DNA of 64,000 nucleotides from Veronia pacifica (GTDB taxonomy: Bacteria > Pseudomonadota > Gammaproteobacteria > Enterobacterales > Vibrionaceae): positions 146,354 through 210,353 of the forward strand of contig NZ_LYBM01000003.1 of NCBI RefSeq assembly GCF_001707825.1, given 5' to 3'. Made by a program: the position numbers and the translations under genes. The notes under the pieces are model-generated. The model was given only the letters and a program-made list of their open reading frames with translations, made no database searches and had not been told where the DNA came from. Shown here one piece after another: positions 1-8,500 of the stretch (position 1 is its first letter; each line of letters starts with the position of its first letter).

Positions 1-195
1 TTTTACTCAGACAACACCATCAAGGTCGTGCAGGAATGGTGGTGCCACACAGCCTCAGGATATTGGTTTATTGCTGAGCGGCATACCGCAAGCGACGACA
101 TTATCAAAACCTACGACCCGAGTGAGTTATTCAAAGATAAGATCAGCTTTACCGCTGATGCGCCTGCCGACAAACAACAAGGAGGCAAACAATGA
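1..195 (+). CDS. soxD: sarcosine oxidase delta subunit, C-terminal fragment (gene continues upstream of window)
   Basis: Frame 1 translates to ...EWWCHTASGYWFIAERHTASDDIIKTYDPSELF... ending TGA 193-195. The stop overlaps the soxA ATG as ATGA, the classic soxD-soxA coupling. Confidence 0.7.
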   Translation, partial: FYSDNTIKVVQEWWCHTASGYWFIAERHTASDDIIKTYDPSELFKDKISFTADAPADKQQGGKQ

Positions 196-3113
196 GTGGC
201 GCCAATCGCTTACCCCATCCAATGGGCTCGCTCATCTCGCGGGACAAGAAGGTCCAATTTGAGTTTGAAGGCAAACAATATGTCGGTGTTGAGGGAGACA
301 CTATCGCCAGCGCACTGATCGCCAATAAACAGTGGCTGATGTCGCGCTCGTTTAAATACCATCGTCCCCGAGGCCCGCTCACCATGGCAGGACAAGATGC
401 CAACACCCTGATTCAGTTGCCCGACGAACCGAATGTATTAGCGGACAAAGTTGCGATCTCCGATGCGCCTGTAAGCATGGGGCAGAATTACAACGGCACA
501 CTGGAAAAAGACAAAGATGAGCTGCTGGATAAACTCAGCCGTTTCTTGCCTGTCGGCTTTTATTACCGTGCCTTTTATAAACCTCTCGGCGTTTGGGATA
601 AGTGGGAGCCTGTCATTCGCAAAAAGGCCGGTCTCGGCAAGGCTAATCTAGCATTCGAACCGACCTACCACGATAAAGCCTATCTGTTCTGTGATGTCAT
701 TGTTGTCGGTGCTGGCCCGGCAGGCCTGAGTGCGGCCATTACCGCCGCGCAGCAAGGTGCAAACGTCATTCTGGTGGATGAAAACAAGCAACTTGGTGGA
801 GCACTGACGTATCATCGCTTCGATATCGATGGCGAAGTGGCTGACACGACACTGGAAAAATTGCTATCTCTGGCATCGGATCACCCCAATATTCGCATAC
901 TGACAGATGCCGTCTGCAATGCGTGGTTTACCGATAATTACCTGCCCGTTCTGACGGGTAACCGTATGTACAAAGTCAGAGCCAAGCAATGTATCGTCGC
1001 TTCAGGTGAATTCGAGCAGCACGTGGTGTTTCGAAACAACGACCTGCCCGGCGTTATGTTGTGTAGCGCAGCGATGCGTTTGATGAAGCATTATGCAGTC
1101 GCCCCTGGTGAAAACGCCGTAGTACTGACAGGTAATGACGATGGCTACATGACGGCTATCGAGCTTGCTCAGCAAGGTGTGAACATTGCAGCTATCGTTG
1201 ATATGCGTAAGAACAACCCAGATTCGGCACTGCTTAAGGCTGCCGAAACACTGAGTATGCCTGTGATCATGGGCGCGACCGTGTATGAAGCCACAGCAAC
1301 AAACAATCGCCTTTCCTCACTGGAGATTCATGCGATTGATGATGAGTACAAGGTGGGAGAAAAGCTATCCACCCTTGCCTGTGATCTTCTGTGTGTCTCA
1401 TCGGGGTATATGCCTGCCTATCAATTACTTTGTCAGGCCGGTGCACAACTCAGTTATGACGATGGCAGTGCGAGGTTCACCCTTAGAAACCTACCAGAAA
1501 ACCTCCACATTGCTGGCTCTGTCAATGGTATTCATGATCTTGAAAAAGTCATCGCTGATGGTAAAAGAGCCGCAGAGGCCTGTTTATATTTACTGGGTAT
1601 GTCTGATGCTCTCTCTGATAGCGAAACCACAGAGATTACGTGCGATGAAGCGACCAATTTTCCTTGGCCTATTTTCCCGCACCCGAAAGGCCGTGACTTT
1701 GTCGATTTTGATGAAGACCTGCAAACAAAAGACATTGTTAACGCCACACGTCTTGGCTACCGTGACATTCAATTGGTAAAGCGATTTTCAACCGTGGGGA
1801 TGGGGCCCTCTCAGGGGCGTCACTCTGCGCTGGCTACGGCCCGTCTGGTAGCAAAGGCGACTGATAGAACAGTCAGTGAAACAGGCGTAACCACGGCTCG
1901 CCCCCCTTTTGTACCCGAAAAACTTTCGCTGCTAGCAGGCCGCATTTTTAATCCGGTTCGCCTGACGCAAATACACCCGCGACATGAAAGTCTCGGCGCA
2001 CACTTTATGTCCGCAGGCGCTTGGCGTCGCCCTGCGTTTTACGGCAAACCAGAAAACCGCAACACCTTAATTCAGGAAGAAGCTTCAGCCGTGCGCACCA
2101 ACGTCGGCATCATTGATGTCAGTACACTGGGTGGCATTGAGATACAGGGGCCGGACGCCGCTGAGTTTATGAACCGCATGTATACTTTTGCGTTCGTTAA
2201 ACAGCCGGTCGGAAAAACCCGTTATGCCATTTTGACTAACGAGCAGGGCGTAGTCATTGATGATGGAGTTGCCTGCCGTATTGCCGATGATCACTACTAC
2301 GTGACCGCAACCACCAGCGGTGCAGATGCGGTTTACCGAGAAATGACCAAATGGAATGCGCAGTGGCGGATGAACCTTGATATCGCTAATGTCACCACCG
2401 CCTTTTCCGCCGTGAATGTGGCGGGTCCGCAGTCACGAAAAGTCTTAGAGAAAGTCTGCGACGATGTTGATTTATCGCCGGAAGGCTTCCCCTACCTCGC
2501 CTATCGCGAAGGCCATATTAATGGCATGCCTGTAAGACTGCTTCGCGTCGGGTTTGTCGGCGAACTTGGTTATGAGATCCACATGCCTACCCTCTTCGCC
2601 CTGAAAATTTGGGACATGCTGATTGCAGCGGGTGACGAATTTTCTATGCGTCCTTTTGGCGTCGAAGCACAGCGTCTGCTGAGGCTTGAGAAAGGCCATA
2701 TCATCATAGGGCAGGATACCGATGGCATGTCCCATCCCGGGGAGTTGTCCCTCGACTGGGCCATCGCGAAAGCTAAGCCGTTTTATGTCGGCTCACGCTC
2801 AGTGAGTATCGTGATGCAACGGGAACAAACCCGAAAACTGGTCGGCTTCAGGCTTGATGCGTCTTCCGCCAAGCCAGAAGAAGGTCATATTGTGCTGGAT
2901 AAAGCAGGTGGTGATGCAAATATCACGGGTAACGTGACCTCCTGTGAGTATTCGTCAACACTCAATGCCTATATCGGTCTCGCATTTGTCAGTATCGAAC
3001 AGCACAAAACAGGTACGCGCTTTCCAATAAGAGTTGATGGTCAGGAAGTATGGCCAGAGGTTGTAGCACTGCCTTTTTATGACCCAAATGGCGAAAGACA
3101 GGAGGTGGTTTAA
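192..3113 (+). CDS. soxA: heterotetrameric sarcosine oxidase alpha subunit (FAD/NAD-binding N-terminus plus GcvT-like aminomethyltransferase C-terminal domain)
   Basis: 973-aa ORF. It has a GxGxxG dinucleotide fold (VIVVGAGPAGLSAA) and a C-terminal T-protein-like fold. RBS ggagg sits 8 nt upstream. It lies between soxD and soxG. Confidence 0.93.
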   Translation: MSGANRLPHPMGSLISRDKKVQFEFEGKQYVGVEGDTIASALIANKQWLMSRSFKYHRPRGPLTMAGQDANTLIQLPDEPNVLADKVAISDAPVSMGQNYNGTLEKDKDELLDKLSRFLPVGFYYRAFYKPLGVWDKWEPVIRKKAGLGKANLAFEPTYHDKAYLFCDVIVVGAGPAGLSAAITAAQQGANVILVDENKQLGGALTYHRFDIDGEVADTTLEKLLSLASDHPNIRILTDAVCNAWFTDNYLPVLTGNRMYKVRAKQCIVASGEFEQHVVFRNNDLPGVMLCSAAMRLMKHYAVAPGENAVVLTGNDDGYMTAIELAQQGVNIAAIVDMRKNNPDSALLKAAETLSMPVIMGATVYEATATNNRLSSLEIHAIDDEYKVGEKLSTLACDLLCVSSGYMPAYQLLCQAGAQLSYDDGSARFTLRNLPENLHIAGSVNGIHDLEKVIADGKRAAEACLYLLGMSDALSDSETTEITCDEATNFPWPIFPHPKGRDFVDFDEDLQTKDIVNATRLGYRDIQLVKRFSTVGMGPSQGRHSALATARLVAKATDRTVSETGVTTARPPFVPEKLSLLAGRIFNPVRLTQIHPRHESLGAHFMSAGAWRRPAFYGKPENRNTLIQEEASAVRTNVGIIDVSTLGGIEIQGPDAAEFMNRMYTFAFVKQPVGKTRYAILTNEQGVVIDDGVACRIADDHYYVTATTSGADAVYREMTKWNAQWRMNLDIANVTTAFSAVNVAGPQSRKVLEKVCDDVDLSPEGFPYLAYREGHINGMPVRLLRVGFVGELGYEIHMPTLFALKIWDMLIAAGDEFSMRPFGVEAQRLLRLEKGHIIIGQDTDGMSHPGELSLDWAIAKAKPFYVGSRSVSIVMQREQTRKLVGFRLDASSAKPEEGHIVLDKAGGDANITGNVTSCEYSSTLNAYIGLAFVSIEQHKTGTRFPIRVDGQEVWPEVVALPFYDPNGERQEVV

Positions 3114-3115
3114 GA

Positions 3116-3693
3116 TGTTTTCGGTATGCACGCAGCCAAATGACAGACACAGCGGAATTGAGACCAAGCGCGGGCTATCCTCGCTGGTATTTTCTGATGC
3201 AACAACCTCTAATCGCATCGGCTTCAGAGGCACGAAGGCGGCTGCTTTTCTGGAGCAACACAATGTCTCGCTTCCTGACAAGCCAAATCGTGCAGTACAA
3301 ATGAGTGATGGTTTATTGGTGTTGAGGCTCAGCCACACTGAGTATTGGCTGGTAGACGCAGATAACCTCAACACAACGACGCTTTCTAATCTTGAAAAAG
3401 CATCTGAGGATACCTCTGACGTTATACGGCTCTATTGCCAACATAGCGTGGCGATGTTCGTGCTATCTGGACCAGCATGCCCGCAAATGTTTGCTAAGGT
3501 TTGTGCAGTGGATCTTCAACTCGATGCTTTTGACCTCGGATCGATTGCCCAAACATCGGTAGCACGGGTGTCATCAATTGTGGTGAGAGCACCAACCACT
3601 AAAGAACAGGAAACCTGTTTTTATATTTTCAGTGATATTTCAAGCGCCAGCTATTTATGGCATGCGCTAGATGATGCCGCCGCTGAATTTTAA
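3116..3693 (+). CDS. soxG: sarcosine oxidase gamma subunit
   Basis: About 190-aa ORF immediately after soxA. RBS aggagg precedes ATG 3116. The longer 3079 start would overlap soxA. Size and position match SoxG. Confidence 0.8.
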
Positions 3694-3792
3694 TCAAACT
3701 CGTAAAAGAACATTATCAACGCCGTGTAAGGAGGGGAATAAAGCACCCAATCCGTAAGCATGACCATCATGCAGAATGACAAAGGAGTATGT

Positions 3793-4785
3793 ATGCCAGT
3801 TATTACGATTCCTGAAATCCATCAGGTTTGTAAAACAGCGTTAGAAAAACATGGAGCAACACCTTGGATTGCAGAATCTGTTGCGCATGCTGTTGCGAAG
3901 AACGAATCGCGTCGCAATAGGATTTGTGGGCTGTATTATTTGCAAAGTTACTGTCAGCAACTCGTCTCGGGGCGGGTATCGAAAGATGCTGAACCTGTCA
4001 TTACGCTCCCCAAGCCGGGCTTTGTAAAAGTTGATGCGAAATATGGCTTTGCGCAACCGGCTTTCTCACGGGCACTTCCCAGCTTCATCGATGCCGTGCA
4101 AGATAACGGTATCGCCGCGTTAGCCATAGGCCACAGCCACACCTGCACATCCTTGGGTTATTTCACAGAACAACTGGCACGTAAGGGGTTTATTGCAATT
4201 GGTTTTACCAATTCTTCACCAATTGTTGCACCTCCCGGAGGAAAAATACGCACCATTGGCACAAACCCGGTCGCCTTTTCTGTTCCTGACGGTGATGGAA
4301 ACATTGCCATGCAGTTTGACCAATCAACCACTGTTGTTGCGCTCGGAAAAATTACCATGGCAAAAGAAGCCGGAGAGAAAATCCCAGAGGGTTGGGCGCT
4401 CGACGAGCATGGCAACCCCACCACAGAGCCAGAAAAAGCATTAGCAGGTTCATTGGTTTCAGCTGGAGGCTACAAGGGTTGGGGGTTTGGTCTGATGGCA
4501 GAACTACTCACTGCAGGTCTTACCGGCAGCATCGCATCACAATTCGTAAAACCACTGAAAGCGACGCAAGGCGAACCGCACGATTTGGGGCAGTTCTTTC
4601 TGGCGATTGATCCTGAAAATTCTGATGTGTTTTTTGAACGTTTCGGTCAGGTCGCCGATCTTGTCGCACAAGATGAAGGCACTCGCTTGCCCGGCCAATC
4701 ACTGAAAGATCTCTCAGAAGTCGATGTACCTGATAGCCTGTGGCATCTGGCGCTGGAACTGTCGACGGGGCCCTCAAAAGACTGA
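3793..4785 (+). CDS. Ldh_2 family malate/L-lactate-type dehydrogenase (DpkA / N-methyl-amino-acid dehydrogenase-like)
   Basis: 330-aa ORF with family-typical motifs (AIGHSHTCTSLG, GTNPVAFSVP, GGYKGWGFGLM). RBS aaaggag precedes ATG 3793. Confidence 0.8.
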   Translation: MPVITIPEIHQVCKTALEKHGATPWIAESVAHAVAKNESRRNRICGLYYLQSYCQQLVSGRVSKDAEPVITLPKPGFVKVDAKYGFAQPAFSRALPSFIDAVQDNGIAALAIGHSHTCTSLGYFTEQLARKGFIAIGFTNSSPIVAPPGGKIRTIGTNPVAFSVPDGDGNIAMQFDQSTTVVALGKITMAKEAGEKIPEGWALDEHGNPTTEPEKALAGSLVSAGGYKGWGFGLMAELLTAGLTGSIASQFVKPLKATQGEPHDLGQFFLAIDPENSDVFFERFGQVADLVAQDEGTRLPGQSLKDLSEVDVPDSLWHLALELSTGPSKD

Positions 4786-4802
4786 TTTTACGTTTCAATA
4801 CA

Positions 4803-4830
4803 AAACGGCCCGCATCTTGGGCCGTTTGCT
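4803..4830. terminator. rho-independent terminator, potentially bidirectional
   Basis: Stem aaacggccc/gggccgttt with a 7-nt loop, 18 nt after the Ldh_2 stop. T-run on the minus strand, weaker on the plus strand. Confidence 0.6.
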
Positions 4831-5045
4831 CTACTCTCGACGAGCTAAGAAACTATCTCGTGGCGTTTATCATCCAAAATTGTAAGCTCATTCGTTACCT
4901 ATTTATGCTAACGGAACTGGTCACTAAGCTATACGACAATTGCCCTGAGTGTCGCTTCCAGAAGTGCGAAAGACAGTTATTCAAGAGAATGCCTATGAGG
5001 CTTAGCTTAGGTTGAAACCCATCTAGCATGCCTTATCCCAAATAT

Positions 5046-6230
5046 TTAGATTCTGCTTGCCCCTCTTGATGCAACGCAAATGTAGAATTCGGGATTCAGT
5101 CGAGTAATTTCTTCATACTGCTTTTGAACGGCGTTTACTACGTTATCGATGAGGTCATGGGGTAGCAACGCAACCACGCAGCCACCAAATCCTCCGCCCG
5201 TCATTCGAACTCCGCCTCTCGTGCCGATGACTCCTTTTATCAGCGCGACCAATAAATCGATTTCACTCACAGTTATTTCAAAGTCATTACGCATGGATAT
5301 GTGAGACGCTTCCATCAACTCCGATAATTTACTCATAGCTTCCTGTGACAGGGCCTCAATGGCTGCCAACGTTCGCTCATTCTCTGTGACAACATGTTTA
5401 GCTCGCTTAAAGATCAATGGGTCCAAACCACACTGATCGCGCATAAGGTCTTCAGATGACAGTTCACGGAGTGTATTGACACCATAATGGCGAGCAGCGC
5501 TTTCACACTGTTGGCGGCGTAAATTATATTCGCTGTCAACAAGCCCACGCCGTTTGTTCGAATTGATAATCAACACACTTATGTTATCCGGCAAGGCGAC
5601 AGGTTGAATGTCCAGAGTCAGGCAGTCGATAAGTAGGCCGTGACGATCATGTGCAGTCGCTGATACCATTTGATCCATAATTCCACACTTACAGCCCACG
5701 AATTCGTTCTCGGCTTTTTGGGATATTAATGCGATTTGTTTTTGGCTCAGTGAAAGATCATAGAGTTCGCTAAACATTTGTGTGATCGCAACCTCCAGAG
5801 AAGCAGAGGAGCTCAGGCCTGCACCCTGAGGAATGTTACCACTGACCACCAAATCAACACCGCCCAGTGCATGCGAGCCCTCATTTAATGCGACAACCAC
5901 ACCGCGTATGTAATTCGCCCACATTTTCTCTTTATGGACGGCAATTTCTTCCTTGAGGCTGAACTGATCACTGTCGTTATCGTAGTCCGCCGCGACAACA
6001 CGCACTACATCGTCATTGCGCTTTGCAACAGCCACAACAGTGGCGAAATTGATCGCGCAAGGCAGAACGTAACCACCATTGTAATCCGTATGCTCACCAA
6101 TCAGGTTTACCCGCCCGGGTGCCTGAAAAAGATATTGATGGGTATAGCCAAAGACGTCTTCAAATACTGAGCCAGCGCGCTCGCACAATTCAGTCAAATC
6201 ACCCGTGACAACCGCGTTTCTGTCTTCCAT
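5046..6230 (-). CDS. galK: galactokinase
   Basis: GHMP kinase motifs (PGRVNLIGEHTDYNGG, GAGLSSSASLEVA). Collinear with E. coli GalK. Start ATG 6230 sits 1 nt after the galT stop. Confidence 0.93.
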   Translation of the reverse strand: MEDRNAVVTGDLTELCERAGSVFEDVFGYTHQYLFQAPGRVNLIGEHTDYNGGYVLPCAINFATVVAVAKRNDDVVRVVAADYDNDSDQFSLKEEIAVHKEKMWANYIRGVVVALNEGSHALGGVDLVVSGNIPQGAGLSSSASLEVAITQMFSELYDLSLSQKQIALISQKAENEFVGCKCGIMDQMVSATAHDRHGLLIDCLTLDIQPVALPDNISVLIINSNKRRGLVDSEYNLRRQQCESAARHYGVNTLRELSSEDLMRDQCGLDPLIFKRAKHVVTENERTLAAIEALSQEAMSKLSELMEASHISMRNDFEITVSEIDLLVALIKGVIGTRGGVRMTGGGFGGCVVALLPHDLIDNVVNAVQKQYEEITRLNPEFYICVASRGASRI

Positions 6231-6231
6231 A

Positions 6232-7285
6232 TCAGACCTGCTCTTTGTAGTGAATATCGCTGACAGCACGCAGTCTCTCTGCTGCCTGTTCCGGTGTTAA
6301 ATCACGCTGACTCTCTGCGAGCATTTCATATCCAACCATGAACTTTCTTACTGTCGCACTGCGCAGCAAGGGTGGATAAAACAACGCATGAAGTTGCCAA
6401 TGCTCGATGTCAGTTGATGGATCGAAAAATGGCGCAAAGTGCCACCCCATCGAATAAGGAAAAGACGTCCGGAACAGATTGTCATAGCGGCAAGTCAAAG
6501 ATTTCAACGCATGCGCCAAATCATAGCGTTGTTGTTGAGAAAGCTCGTTCATTCTCCGGACATGGCTTTTAGGTAACAGCATGGTTTCAAAAGGCCATGC
6601 AGCCCAGTAAGGCACTACAGCTACCCAGTGCTCTGTTTCCACAACAACACGGGCATCCGCTTCGACCTCACGTTCGACATAGTCCACCAGCAAATTAGTG
6701 CCATGCTCCTGATAGTAGCTTTTCAGGTGGTTATTTTTATTGGCTATTTCATTCGGTACAAAGCTATTCGCCCAGATCTGACCATGCGGATGAGGCTGCG
6801 AACACCCCATCGCTTCCCCTTTGTTTCGAAACCTGTACCCAGATATACTTTTCACCCAGTTCGCGAAGCTGTTGGTCCCATGTCTCTATGACTGCACCAA
6901 TTTGCGGTAAAGAAAGCTCAGGCAGGGTTTTACTGTGGTCGGGTGAAAAGCAGAGTACCCGGCTAAGGCCAGTAACGCTCTCTGCTCTGAACAAAGGACT
7001 TTCAGATTTCGGTGATGCGGGGCATTCTTTTGTCAGTGCCGCAAAGTCATTCTCGAACACGTACGTTGAACAAAAGTCAGGATTATTTTCTCCAGACACT
7101 CGAGTGTTGCCAGGGCATAAAAAACATGTCTCGTCATACTGCGGTAAAGCTGTCTTTGATGGGCTTTCATCTTGTCCACTCCACGGCCTTTTCGCACGGT
7201 GCGGTGAAACCAGTACCCATTGTCCGGTCATCGGATTAAATCGTCGATGTGGATGTTCAGCAGCATCAAAAACCATTTTGCTCAC
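6232..7285 (-). pseudogene. galT: galactose-1-phosphate uridylyltransferase, interrupted by a frameshift near 6830
   Basis: Two ORFs (7285..6764 and 6855..6232) together cover a full GalT collinear with E. coli. They include CFLCPGN and the active-site HPHGQ. The frame changes inside caggtttcgaaac (expected WVQVF-E/R-NKG). Confidence 0.85.
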
Positions 7286-7287
7286 TT

Positions 7288-8325
7288 TTACTCCTCACTA
7301 AAAGTTCGCGGCGAGGTGTAACCATTCGGGTTATTGACCTGCCAGCGCCATGTGTCCTCCGCCATCTCCATCAATGAATAGCGGGCATGCCAATCCAACT
7401 CACGCGACGCTTTGGACGGATCAGCCCAGTACTCCGCAATATCACCCGCCCTGCGTGGACAAATTTCGAAGGGAATGTTTGCGTCACATGCCACCGAGAA
7501 GGTGTAAATCATTTGCATGACACTGGTCCCCTTGCCAGTGCCTAGGTTAAACACATGAAGCCCAGATTTATCAGCCAATTTCTGGAAAGCGGCCACATGC
7601 CCGGCGGCCAGATCCATCACATGGATATAGTCACGTATGCCTGTGCCATCTGGTGTTGGGTAATCGTTACCAAATACACTAAGTTTTTCTCTTTTACCCA
7701 CCGCGACTTGGGCAATAAATGGCATCAGGTTATTTGGAGTGCCTTTCGGATCCTCACCAATCACACCTGAAGGATGTGCGCCAACCGGATTAAAGTAGCG
7801 AAGCAGGCAAATACTCGAATCAGGTGTTGCAGACTGGAGGTCGGTCAAACATTGTTCAACCATATGTTTACTCCGACCATAGGGGCTGGCTATATTTCCC
7901 GTCGATGCTTCCTCTGTAATAGGCACTCGCTCGGGTTCGCCATAAACGGTGGCTGATGAGCTGAATATCAGGCACTTCACATTGGCGCGGGTCATTGCCC
8001 TCACCAAAGACAAAGATCCGCTCACGTTGTTGTCGAAGTAAGTCAGCGGATCCGCAACGGATTCAGCAACAGACTTCAAACCTGCAAAATGCATCACGCC
8101 ATCAATATTATGCTTGCTAAAGATGTCTTCGAGGCACTTTTCGTCACGAACATCGGCTTCGTAAAAACATGCTTGATGGTCAGTTAACGCCTTGATTCTA
8201 TCTAATACTTCAATACTTGAATTTGCCAGGTTATCGACAATGACAGGGGTAAAGCCATTTTCAATCAGTTGAACGACAGTATGGCTGCCGATATAGCCTA
8301 GCCCGCCAGTGACCAAAACATTCAT
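7288..8325 (-). CDS. galE: UDP-glucose 4-epimerase
   Basis: VLVTGGLGYIGSH Rossmann motif, YxxxK, collinear with E. coli GalE. RBS aagga sits 8 nt before ATG 8325. Position 8331 is TTG. Confidence 0.93.
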   Translation of the reverse strand: MNVLVTGGLGYIGSHTVVQLIENGFTPVIVDNLANSSIEVLDRIKALTDHQACFYEADVRDEKCLEDIFSKHNIDGVMHFAGLKSVAESVADPLTYFDNNVSGSLSLVRAMTRANVKCLIFSSSATVYGEPERVPITEEASTGNIASPYGRSKHMVEQCLTDLQSATPDSSICLLRYFNPVGAHPSGVIGEDPKGTPNNLMPFIAQVAVGKREKLSVFGNDYPTPDGTGIRDYIHVMDLAAGHVAAFQKLADKSGLHVFNLGTGKGTSVMQMIYTFSVACDANIPFEICPRRAGDIAEYWADPSKASRELDWHARYSLMEMAEDTWRWQVNNPNGYTSPRTFSEE

Positions 8326-8500
8326 ACACAATATCCTTTGCTATTGTTCACTGCCTGCGCTGTTATCGCTGGAGTGTCATAAGTGTGGCAGTCAAATTTA
8401 AATTCTCTCTGTGACAACTTAATAAATAATATTAACTATTCCTAATTGATATTCATATTCGAGGGCCACGACCCGAATGACAAGATCGCGGCCCAGCCTT

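Noticed and set aside
149-406. Minus-strand ORFs of 85 and 61 aa overlapping the soxD/soxA junction
   Set aside because: They lie antisense to strongly supported sox genes, with no RBS or motif. These are typical shadow ORFs.
1285-1779. 164-aa plus-strand ORF in an alternate frame inside soxA
   Set aside because: It is fully embedded in soxA in another frame. Its composition is low-complexity and it shows no homology signal.
4740-5015. 91-aa plus-strand ORF spanning the Ldh_2/galK intergenic region
   Set aside because: It overlaps the end of the Ldh_2 gene and runs through the terminator hairpin. It has no RBS.
8440-8500. GC-rich imperfect hairpin downstream of the GH43 gene as its terminator
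   Set aside because: The stem has a mismatch and a 14-nt loop, and no convincing T-run follows on the minus strand. This is too weak to call. Read-through into galE is plausible.
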